Assembly: GCA_003133025.1 (NCBI GenBank)
Contig: PKZK01000159.1
Location: 223 to 17,207, forward strand
Direction of reading: 5' to 3'
Origin: Vulcanimicrobiota bacterium
Lineage (GTDB): Bacteria > Vulcanimicrobiota > Vulcanimicrobiia > Vulcanimicrobiales > Vulcanimicrobiaceae
DNA length: 16,985 nt
Made by a program: the position numbers and the translations under genes. This document shows, in pieces, positions 1 to 7,591 of this stretch. The notes beneath the pieces are model-generated. The model did not search any database. It worked only from the letters and a program-made list of their open reading frames with translations, and was not told the origin of the DNA. How positions within the stretch are numbered: position 1 is the stretch's first letter; every line of letters begins with the position of its first letter.

Positions 1-1
1 C

Positions 2-355
2 CTCTCGGCGCTGGTGAGCCTCGCTCAACTGTACTTCGACGCGGGGAAGTTCCAGCAAGCATTACCCTATTACAGGCGGGCGCTGGCGCTCGATCCGGCC
101 AATCCCGATACGCGGACCGACTATGCCACGGTCTTGCACGCGACCGGCGAAGACTTGAGCGCGCTCGATCAGTTGAACCAAGTGTTGAAGGAACGGCCGG
201 ATTTTCCGGCGGCGCTCTTCAACCGAGGCGTCGTCGATGCGGCGATCGGTCGACGCACCGATGCCGTCGAGTCGTTCCAACGTTTCATCAAGGTCTCGCC
301 GCACGATTCCAAGCTCGACGAAGCCCGCACCGCCTTGAAGAACCTCGGCGCGTGA
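2..355 (+). CDS. TPR-repeat protein, C-terminal part (5' end lies outside the window)
   Basis: The frame is open from base 2 (LSALVSLAQLY...). TPR-like repeats are present (LAQLYFDAGKFQQALPYYRRALALDP; ALFNRGVVDAAIGRRTDAVESFQRFIKVSP). TGA 353-355 lies one base before the next ATG. Confidence 0.85.
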   Translation, partial: LSALVSLAQLYFDAGKFQQALPYYRRALALDPANPDTRTDYATVLHATGEDLSALDQLNQVLKERPDFPAALFNRGVVDAAIGRRTDAVESFQRFIKVSPHDSKLDEARTALKNLGA

Positions 356-356
356 G

Positions 357-1190
357 ATGAAGCTGTACCTCTCGGCCGACATGGAAGGCACCGCCGCCGT
401 CGCGTCGTGGACCCAAGTCGAGCCGTCGAACGCGAGCGAGTATCCGTACTATCGGCGCTTGATGTCGCTCGAAGTGCGCGCGGCGATCGACGGCGCGCGG
501 GCGGCCGGCGTCGGTGACGTGCTCGTCAACGATTCGCACAGCTCGATGCGCAACGTCATGTGGGACGAATTGCCGGCCGACGTGCGCATGATCTACGGCA
601 ACCGCAAGCCGTTTTCGATGTCCGAGGGAATCGACGCCGGTTTCGGCTGCGCGTTCTTCACGGGGTACCACGCGGGCATCGGGGAGGCCGACGGCGCGAT
701 GGATCACACCTATTCGCCCGATACGCTCTATGCCGTGCGGGTGAACGGCGTGGGCTGCAGCGAGACGTTGCTCAACGCCGCCGTCCTGGGCTTGCACGGC
801 GTGCCCGTCGTGCTCGTGACCGGGGACCGCACCACCGTCGAAGGTGCGCGCAAGCACCTGCCCTGGATCGAGGGGGCGATCGTCAAGGAATCGATCGGAC
901 GCTTTGCGGTCAACTCGCTCTCGCCCGAAGCGGCGCGGGCGCTCATCCGCTCGGCGGCCCGTCGCGCGGTCGAGCGGGTCGACGAGGCCGAGCCCTTCGT
1001 CTTCGCGCCGCCCGTCACGCTCGAACTCGATTTCGCCGGCACGCAAAATGCCGACTTCGCCGAGTTGATTCCCGGCATGGAGCGTATCGGCGGGCGCACC
1101 GTGCGCTTCGTGCACGACGATTACGCCGTCGTCTTCAAAGCCTTCGTCGCGGCCTTCCGCCTCGGCGCGGCGGCGAACGCTCCGGTTTAG
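357..1190 (+). CDS. dppA: M55 family D-aminopeptidase (DppA-like, Zn-dependent)
   Basis: Family motifs: N-terminal LYLSADMEG, VNDSH, FTGYH, DHT, GVPVVLVTGD and VKESIGR. 277 aa, typical for the family. Confidence 0.93.
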   Translation: MKLYLSADMEGTAAVASWTQVEPSNASEYPYYRRLMSLEVRAAIDGARAAGVGDVLVNDSHSSMRNVMWDELPADVRMIYGNRKPFSMSEGIDAGFGCAFFTGYHAGIGEADGAMDHTYSPDTLYAVRVNGVGCSETLLNAAVLGLHGVPVVLVTGDRTTVEGARKHLPWIEGAIVKESIGRFAVNSLSPEAARALIRSAARRAVERVDEAEPFVFAPPVTLELDFAGTQNADFAELIPGMERIGGRTVRFVHDDYAVVFKAFVAAFRLGAAANAPV

Positions 1191-1199
1191 GGTGCCGGC

Positions 1200-1991
1200 A
1201 TGATCGTCGCCTATCAGGGCGAGCCCGGAGCGTTCAGCGAAGACGCCGCGCGCAAGCTGCTCGAGGGCGCCGAGACCCGCGGCTACGGCACGTTCGACGA
1301 GGTATTCTACGCCGCCGTGGCCGGCGAAGTCGACGCGGCGTTGATGCCGGTCGAGAACTCCATCTCGGGCGCCGTGCCCCGGGTCTACGATCTGTTATAC
1401 GCGGAGCCCCGTGCCCGGATCGTGGCCGAAAGCATCTATCGCGTCGAACAGAACCTCATCGGACTCGCGCGCACCGATCCCGCCGCTCTACGCGAGGTGC
1501 GTTCGCATCCGGTGGCGCTCGAACAGTGCCGCGCGTTCTTCGCGCGCCACCCGCACGTGCGCCCGCAGGTCGTCGGCGATACGGCGGGCGCCGTACGCGA
1601 GATCGTCGCTCTGGGCGACCCGGGCGTCGGCGCGATCGCATCGTCGCTGGCCGCGGAGCGTTACGGCGCGACGCTGTTGGAGCGCGGCATTCAAGACGTG
1701 CACGACAACTTCACGCGCTTCTTCTTGATCGAGCGCGATGCGACGCCGCCGCCGCTGCCCACGCGGGCCTGCGTCGCGCTGATCCTACCGCACCGCCCGG
1801 GATCGTTGCGCGACGCGCTCTCGGCCTTCGCCGATGCGGGATTGAATCTGCGCACGCTGGTCTCGCGACCGGCGCTGGACGCGCCGTTCACCTACCGTTT
1901 CTACGTTGAGATCGAACAGGCCGACGCCGCCCGCCTCTCCTCGGCGCTAGGCGAGATCGACGGCGAAGCGCGCATCCTGGGTACGTACTAA
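1200..1991 (+). CDS. pheA: Monofunctional prephenate dehydratase (PDT + ACT domain)
   Basis: Motifs VAYQGEPGAFSE, PVENSISG, SHPVALEQC and NFTRF, followed by an ACT domain (HRPGSL...FADAGLNL..SRP..YRFYVE). No chorismate mutase domain. Confidence 0.95.
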   Translation: MIVAYQGEPGAFSEDAARKLLEGAETRGYGTFDEVFYAAVAGEVDAALMPVENSISGAVPRVYDLLYAEPRARIVAESIYRVEQNLIGLARTDPAALREVRSHPVALEQCRAFFARHPHVRPQVVGDTAGAVREIVALGDPGVGAIASSLAAERYGATLLERGIQDVHDNFTRFFLIERDATPPPLPTRACVALILPHRPGSLRDALSAFADAGLNLRTLVSRPALDAPFTYRFYVEIEQADAARLSSALGEIDGEARILGTY

Positions 1992-2026
1992 CCGTGCCGC
2001 CCGCGCGCGGGCCACGCGCCCGGCGC

Positions 2027-2053
2027 AATCCAAGGGTTTCCGTATACCGTTAG
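2027..2053 (+). promoter_or_regulatory. Putative ECF-sigma promoter, copy 1 (AATCCAA-N14-CGTTAG), upstream of the DUF4331 gene
   Basis: AATCCAA at 2027-2033 and CGTTAG at 2048-2053. The same boxes and spacing recur at 3537-3563, with a close variant at 9183-9207. Confidence 0.7.
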
Positions 2054-2119
2054 GCTGCCAGACGCTGCTCTCACGATAGGCGCATCGATCTCACTAGTTC
2101 CCCCTACAACGAGGTAAAG

Positions 2120-3421
2120 ATGTCGTTTGGAAGGTGGGCCGGCTCGGTCGCAGCCGTTGGCGCGACGAGTTTGGCCGTATTCCTGTACGCCGCGCATCCG
2201 GCGCGAAGCTCCGATCATCAAGACTCCATCGCGGTCGTCAATCGTCCGGGCGCGGACATCACCGACGTCTACGAGTTCCCGGACCCGGCGAATACCAACA
2301 ACGTCGACCTGGTCATGAACATCCACCCGCTCATCCCGGCCGGCGACGGCGGGGAGTATCAACTCGACCCCGGCGTCTTGTATCAGTTCAAGATCGCCCA
2401 CGGTCCGGTCGGCACGCAGAATCCCGAAGACACCGTCCTGCAAGTCGTCGCGAACGGCACGGGCTCGACCCAAACCCTTTCGCTCTACGGGCCGATCACC
2501 CCGAAACTCTCGGGCACGCACTCGGTGCTGAGCGGTCTCTCGAAGGGTACGTTCCCGTTCAATCAGCCGAGCGGCACCACGCTGTCCAACGGCGTCGTCG
2601 CATTTGCGGGTCCGCGCGCGGATCCGTTCTTCTTCGACCTGTTCCAGTTCTTCAAGATCTTGCCGGATCGCTATTACGCAAATCCGCGCACGGGCAACCA
2701 ACTCGGCACCTCGATGCCGACCTTCAACGGCTATGCTTCCGGATCCACCTCGGGTGCGAACGGCACGGGCTATGCCTGCAGCACCGCGGCCTCGACCAAC
2801 GCACTGACCCAGATCAACGGCGGCTTCAACGTGATCTCGATCGTGCTTTCGGTGCCGCGCAACCTGCTCTCTCCGCGCGGCGTCACGCCGATCATCCATA
2901 CGTGGGCGACGGCGAGCTTGCCCACCGGCGAGAAGATCAACGGCCGCGAAGTCTACGTGCAGCAAGAACTGCTCTCGCGCCCCGCGGTGAAAGAACTTTT
3001 CGAAAAGTTCAACCAGCATCAGTACACCAACCAAACGAGCCCCTACGCGGACACCACGATCAAAGCCGCGATCTACAACTTCTCGAATAAGGTCGTCGGC
3101 CGCAGCGAAACGATCTCGCGCGTGCTGCAGAGCATCCTCTACCCCAACGAACTCGCGGCGGACCTCTCGCAGAGCGGCCCCGCAGCCTACTTGGGCGTGG
3201 AGACCGGCGGAGCGACCGGCGGTAAGTTCGGCGGCCGAGGCTTGACCGACGACGTCATCGACATCTCGCTGGGCGCAGTGTTCGGAAACACCATTCCGGC
3301 CCTCACCGGCGTACCCGACGACGGGAAAGAGAATAACTGTCTCACCGACGAGCACGTCACGTCGGGACAAGGCGGAACGCAGACCCAGTCGACGTATCCG
3401 TACCTAGCGCCTCCGCACTAA
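2120..3421 (+). CDS. Secreted DUF4331-family protein (433 aa)
   Basis: GAGGT at 2111-2115. Signal peptide ends ...HPARS. Family motifs recognised: SDHQD, ADITDVYEF, DPGVLYQFKI, FAGPRADPFFFDL, GFNVISIVLSVP, GGRGLTDDVIDISL and C-terminal PYLAPPH. Confidence 0.88.
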   Translation: MSFGRWAGSVAAVGATSLAVFLYAAHPARSSDHQDSIAVVNRPGADITDVYEFPDPANTNNVDLVMNIHPLIPAGDGGEYQLDPGVLYQFKIAHGPVGTQNPEDTVLQVVANGTGSTQTLSLYGPITPKLSGTHSVLSGLSKGTFPFNQPSGTTLSNGVVAFAGPRADPFFFDLFQFFKILPDRYYANPRTGNQLGTSMPTFNGYASGSTSGANGTGYACSTAASTNALTQINGGFNVISIVLSVPRNLLSPRGVTPIIHTWATASLPTGEKINGREVYVQQELLSRPAVKELFEKFNQHQYTNQTSPYADTTIKAAIYNFSNKVVGRSETISRVLQSILYPNELAADLSQSGPAAYLGVETGGATGGKFGGRGLTDDVIDISLGAVFGNTIPALTGVPDDGKENNCLTDEHVTSGQGGTQTQSTYPYLAPPH

Positions 3422-3468
3422 GACCCTCGAGGGCTCCTACGAACCGGCGCGAGCGCGCCGGCCGCGAA

Positions 3469-3508
3469 AGACGCCCGCGAACGATCGTTCGCGGGCGTCT
3501 CTTCTTTC
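3469..3508 (+). terminator. Intrinsic terminator-like hairpin after the DUF4331 gene
   Basis: Perfect 32-bp palindrome AGACGCCCGCGAACGATCGTTCGCGGGCGTCT (3469-3500) followed by the pyrimidine run CTTCTTTC. Smaller hairpins occur at 3424-3433 and 3444-3461. Confidence 0.75.
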
Positions 3509-3536
3509 GACCACCCGGGCCCGAGCGGAGCGCCCA

Positions 3537-3563
3537 AATCCAACCCCAAACGGGGAGCGTTAG
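3537..3563 (+). promoter_or_regulatory. Putative ECF-sigma promoter, copy 2 (AATCCAA-N14-CGTTAG), upstream of the Ni/Co permease operon
   Basis: AATCCAA at 3537-3543 and CGTTAG at 3558-3563. It lies just downstream of the terminator and upstream of the RBS at 3590-3594. Confidence 0.7.
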
Positions 3564-3601
3564 CCCAGTGAACTCTTGAGCCATCCCGAGAGGTCCCGAC
3601 C

Positions 3602-5206
3602 ATCGCACACCTAAAGCGCGGCCTTGCATCCCTGGTGTTTTTGCTCGCCACGCAGGCCGCCGCGCAAGCGCACCCGCTGGGCAACTTCACGATCAACCAT
3701 TTGACGAAGTTGTCGTTCGGAGCCGATCGCGTCGACGTTCGCTACGTGCTCGACATGGCGGAGATTCCCACCTATCAGGAATTGCGAACGGGCGACGACG
3801 CCGGCACTTCCCCCGCGGCCCTGCAACGCTGGGCGCAACGCACGGCCGGACGCTTGCTGCCGCAGCTGCGCCTGAGTGAGGCCGGAACGGCCGTACCGCT
3901 CATCCTCGACGGAGCGTCGGCGCACACTCGTCCCGGCGCGGGCGGCTTACCCACGCTGTATCTGCGCCTCGACGCCCACGGCTCGCTCGCGCCCGCTGCG
4001 ACGGCGCGCGCCCTCTCGTATCGCGACGAAAGTTTTCCCGGACGCCTGGGTTGGCACGACGTCACGGTGGCGCCCGCGACGGAACCGACGCACGAACTGA
4101 CCGCGTATCCCAACGCGCTGCTCGGCTCGCCGCGCGCCGTCACCGGCGTGGACCTCACCGTTCAACCCAGCGGCGCGGCCGCCGTGCGAACCTCGATCGA
4201 TGAAAGTGCGAACGGAAGCGTGCCCGCGTCCGCGCCGCTCGTGCGCTCGAATCAACTCTCCGACATGCTGGCCCACGGCACGAACGATTGGGGCTTCGTC
4301 GCGTTGACGTTCCTGGTGGCGATCGTGCTCGGCGCGCTGCACGCGCTCGAACCGGGGCACGGCAAGACCCTGCTGGCGATCTCGCTCGTCGGCGCGCGTG
4401 CGACCGTCAAGCAGGCCGCGATCCTCGCTTCGAGCCTGACCATCGCGCACACCATCGGCGTCCTCGCCCTGGGCATCGCGATCAACCTGCTCAAAGGTTA
4501 CTTCGTTCCGGAGTCGATCTACCCGTGGATCACGCTGCTTTCGGGCGTCGCGATCGCGATCGTCGGCGCGCGCGCCGTGCAACGTCAACTCCAGGCGCGG
4601 CAACCGCTCGTGCACGTGCATCCGCACCCGCACCCGCGCGCACACGCCCACGATCACGCCCACGTCCACCATCCGCACGGACACGATCACGGTCATGACC
4701 ACGGGCACGGTCACGCGCACGACCACGGCCACGACCACTCGCACGACGACATCGAGCACGCCCGTCTGCACGCGATACCCGGCACCGCACCGCTGACCTT
4801 CGGATCGACGATTTGGGCGGCGATGAGCGGTGCGGTCGCACCATGTCCCGCGGCGCTCGTCGTCCTCTTGGCCGCGATCGCCCTCAACCAAGTGACCTAC
4901 GGCATCTTCGTCATCGTCGCATTCAGCGCCGGACTCGCTGCGACGCTCACGGGTCTGGGCATCGCGGTCGTGCGTTCCGCGGGCTGGCTGCAGAGCCGGC
5001 GCGGCTTCGAGCGCTTCGTCAAATACGGACCACTGGCGTCCGCGGTCGTGATCTCGACGATCGGGGCGGTCTTGGTCGGTCAAGGTTTTGCCCAGGAGGG
5101 CATTCGCGTGTCGCCGCTGGTCGTCAGCGCGATCACCGCGCTGGCCATCGCCGGTTACGCCTTCTCGCACCCCTTCGCGCACCGCCCGATGCAGAGCGCG
5201 GCATGA
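3602..5206 (+). CDS. RcnA-like Ni/Co transporter (NicO/HoxN clan) with an N-terminal periplasmic domain (HPLGNF...) and a His-rich loop
   Basis: RcnA-type motifs LHALEPGHGKT, HTIGV and PCPAA. The loop at 4613-4771 has 24 His in 53 aa. Signal peptide ends AQA|HPLGNFTINH. The start is uncertain: the first canonical codon is GTG 3635, but ATC 3602 follows GAGGT and restores a full signal peptide. Confidence 0.85.
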   Translation: MAHLKRGLASLVFLLATQAAAQAHPLGNFTINHLTKLSFGADRVDVRYVLDMAEIPTYQELRTGDDAGTSPAALQRWAQRTAGRLLPQLRLSEAGTAVPLILDGASAHTRPGAGGLPTLYLRLDAHGSLAPAATARALSYRDESFPGRLGWHDVTVAPATEPTHELTAYPNALLGSPRAVTGVDLTVQPSGAAAVRTSIDESANGSVPASAPLVRSNQLSDMLAHGTNDWGFVALTFLVAIVLGALHALEPGHGKTLLAISLVGARATVKQAAILASSLTIAHTIGVLALGIAINLLKGYFVPESIYPWITLLSGVAIAIVGARAVQRQLQARQPLVHVHPHPHPRAHAHDHAHVHHPHGHDHGHDHGHGHAHDHGHDHSHDDIEHARLHAIPGTAPLTFGSTIWAAMSGAVAPCPAALVVLLAAIALNQVTYGIFVIVAFSAGLAATLTGLGIAVVRSAGWLQSRRGFERFVKYGPLASAVVISTIGAVLVGQGFAQEGIRVSPLVVSAITALAIAGYAFSHPFAHRPMQSAA

Positions 5207-6027
5207 TCGGCGCGGGAGCGTTCGCGGTATTCGCGCTCGGACTGCGCCACGGCGCCGACCCCGACCACCTCGCGGCCATCGATAACCTGACGCGCAACTC
5301 GTTCGACGAGCGTCCCTGGCTCAGCCGCTTCTGCGGCACGCTCTTTGCGGGCGGCCACTCGATCATGGTGCTCGCCATCGCCGCGCTCGTCGGCTTCTTC
5401 GGTTCGCGCTTCGGCGCGCACGGCGCCTTGATCGAGACCATCGGAACCTGGATCAGCATCGTCGTCTTGGTTGCGATCGCGCTGTTGAACCTGCAGCAAT
5501 TGCGCGCCGGCGGTTCGCGACCCGTCGGGATAAAGTCGCGGCTCGTGCCTAAAGCGCTACGCGAAGCGCGCAGCCCGTGGGTCGCAATCCCCGTCGGACT
5601 GCTCTTCGGATTCGGGTTCGAAACGTCGAGCCAGATCGCGACCTACGCCGTGGCCTTCGGCGTCAATTCCGGCGCGTTCGGCGCGCTCTTGGTCGGCGCC
5701 ATGTTCTGTCTGGGCATGATCTGCACCGACACGCTCGATAGCGTGGTCGTGCATCGGCTCGTCTCCGACCGTTCGAGCTTGCGCCCCTCGACGATGCGCA
5801 TCTGGATCTGGTCGGTCACGTTGCTCGCGCTCGCAGTCGCTGCATACGAACTCGCTCAAGTCCTCGGCTGGCAACCGCCGGCGATTATGGGCTACAGTTC
5901 CGACATCTACGCGAGTGCCGCGATCGTTTTGGTGCTCGTCGGGGTATTCGCCTACATAGTATACGCGACTCGTGCCGCAGCGTATGCCGAAGCGCCCGAC
6001 GCAGGCACGATTGCACAGGAGGGGTAA
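5203..6027 (+). CDS. HoxN/HupN/NixA (NiCoT) family high-affinity Ni/Co permease, 274 aa
   Basis: ATG 5203 overlaps the upstream stop (ATGA). NiCoT signature variants GLRHGADPDHLAAIDN, FAGGHS and LLFGFGFETSSQ, plus several TM segments. The ORF-track start at 4813 is a spurious extension. Confidence 0.9.
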   Translation: MIGAGAFAVFALGLRHGADPDHLAAIDNLTRNSFDERPWLSRFCGTLFAGGHSIMVLAIAALVGFFGSRFGAHGALIETIGTWISIVVLVAIALLNLQQLRAGGSRPVGIKSRLVPKALREARSPWVAIPVGLLFGFGFETSSQIATYAVAFGVNSGAFGALLVGAMFCLGMICTDTLDSVVVHRLVSDRSSLRPSTMRIWIWSVTLLALAVAAYELAQVLGWQPPAIMGYSSDIYASAAIVLVLVGVFAYIVYATRAAAYAEAPDAGTIAQEG

Positions 6028-6030
6028 CGC

Positions 6031-6279
6031 ATGATCCATCAGCGCGCAGCCGCACCGGTCGCGATCGCCACCGGGGGCGGCAGCGCCTTCGGCGGACGCG
6101 CGGTCAGCGACGACGTGGTCGACATCTCGCTCGGCGCGCTTTTCGGACACACCCTGGCGGCACCGAAGCTGCAACCCGAAGACAACGAGGAGAACAACTG
6201 TCTGAGCAGCGACAACGTCGCGCAGGCATCTTCTCAAGTCCCGACGGGCTCGTTTCCGTACCTTGCGCAGCCGCACTAA
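6031..6279 (+). CDS. Stand-alone DUF4331 C-terminal fragment (82 aa); either a small protein or an internally deleted paralogue
   Basis: Strong RBS (AGGAGG, ~6017-6022). The segment FGGRAVSDDVVDISLGALFG...ENNCL...FPYLAQPH aligns by eye with the last ~64 aa of 2120-3421 at roughly half identity. Confidence 0.75.
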   Translation: MIHQRAAAPVAIATGGGSAFGGRAVSDDVVDISLGALFGHTLAAPKLQPEDNEENNCLSSDNVAQASSQVPTGSFPYLAQPH

Positions 6280-7591
6280 CCCGGCAATCCTGGCCACGGT
6301 GGCGATCGCGATCATCGCGATCGCCGCCTGGCCGGCCTATATCCGGCGCGACGAGGATGCGGCGCGAGCGGCGGCCTTGCCGACGGCCGCGCCCGTGGTC
6401 GCCGACTATCAGCATCGCGACAAGCTGATCGCCTTTTGGGAACGCGCCGTCGGCGAGAAGCACCGGGGCGACATGCTCAGCCCGCGCGAACTGAGCGGGG
6501 AGTATCTGCAGCGATATCGCGAACGGGGCGACATCGGCGACGTCCTGCGCGCCGAGGCCGCGGCCAAGGCATCGCTCGCGGCGGAACCCCGGGGCAACAT
6601 GGGCGGCGAACTCGGATTGGCCTCGGTCTACCTCACCTTACACCGCTTTCACGACGCTCTCGCGGTAACCCGCGACGTCGAATCGTGGGATACCGGCGAC
6701 CCGTCGATGTACTCCCGCGAAGCCAGCCTCGACATGGAGATCGGCGACTACGCGCGGGCGCAAAAGCGACTCGACGCGGTGCCCGATAAGGATCGGGACG
6801 ACTCGTGGCGGGTCGTCGAATCGCGCTATCTCGAACTGACCGGACACTTGAGCGCCGCGCGGCCGCTCTTGCAAACGGCCGGCGCCTACGTCAACGCCAA
6901 CGTCGACGCGCCCGCGCAGCAGCGCGCTTGGTATTTCTTCCGCGAGGGCGAAATGGCGTTCGAAGCCGGCGACAACGACGAAGCACTGGCCGACGAGCGG
7001 CAGGCCATTGCCATCTTTCCGCATTACGCCGACGGCTTTCGGGTTCTGGCCCGCGTGGAGTGCGCGCTGAAGCAGTGGACCGAATGCCTGCGCGACGCGA
7101 CCACGTCGGCCGACATGGTACCGTATCCGGAGACGCTCGGCTACGAAGCCGACGCGCAGCGCGCGCTGGGACAGGGCGAGGCCGCCGCCGGAACCGACGG
7201 CTTGATCCGTACGGTCGAGCGCATCGGCAACGCCCAGCGGATCTCCGACCGGCTCTTGGCCATCTACTATTCCGAACACGGACTGCACGCCGACGACGCA
7301 TACGCGATCGCCCGGCGCGAATTGAGCGCACGCGACGACATCTTCACCGAAGACACGCTGGCCTGGGCGGCCGCCGCCGACGGTCGCTGGGACGTTGCGC
7401 GCACCGCAATCCGGAAAGCGCTGCGTTTCGATACGGAGAACTCGCTGCTCCAGTATCACGCAGGGATGATCGCCCTACATTTCGGCGATCGCGCCGAGGC
7501 GAAACGCCGGCTCGCGCGCGCGCTCGCGCTCAACGGACAATTTCACCAAGTCTACGCCGATCGCGCCCGCGCAACGCTGGCCACGCTCTAA
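6263..7591 (+). CDS. Membrane-anchored or secreted TPR-repeat protein of the type usually found next to DUF4331 genes
   Basis: TTG start overlapping the previous gene. N-terminal hydrophobic helix (ILATVAIAIIAIAAW), TPR-like helices, and motifs YLQRYRERGD, LTLHRFHDAL, RDDIFTEDTLAWA and LQYHAGMI. Confidence 0.85.
   Translation: MRSRTNPAILATVAIAIIAIAAWPAYIRRDEDAARAAALPTAAPVVADYQHRDKLIAFWERAVGEKHRGDMLSPRELSGEYLQRYRERGDIGDVLRAEAAAKASLAAEPRGNMGGELGLASVYLTLHRFHDALAVTRDVESWDTGDPSMYSREASLDMEIGDYARAQKRLDAVPDKDRDDSWRVVESRYLELTGHLSAARPLLQTAGAYVNANVDAPAQQRAWYFFREGEMAFEAGDNDEALADERQAIAIFPHYADGFRVLARVECALKQWTECLRDATTSADMVPYPETLGYEADAQRALGQGEAAAGTDGLIRTVERIGNAQRISDRLLAIYYSEHGLHADDAYAIARRELSARDDIFTEDTLAWAAAADGRWDVARTAIRKALRFDTENSLLQYHAGMIALHFGDRAEAKRRLARALALNGQFHQVYADRARATLATL

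Noticed and set aside
3422..3601. Possible NiCo or cobalamin riboswitch ahead of the Ni/Co permeases
   Set aside because: I could not find the conserved cores by eye, and the hairpins lie upstream of the putative promoter, so a terminator explains them better. An Rfam scan would settle it.
4613..4771. Short-period DNA repeats (CACGAC/CACGGC) as a repeat array or CRISPR
   Set aside because: They are explained by His-X codons inside a CDS. There is no repeat-spacer structure and no cas gene.
5944..5987. NikR operator (GTATGA-N16-TCATAC)
   Set aside because: The GTAT/ATAC half-sites are present but with the wrong orientation or spacing.
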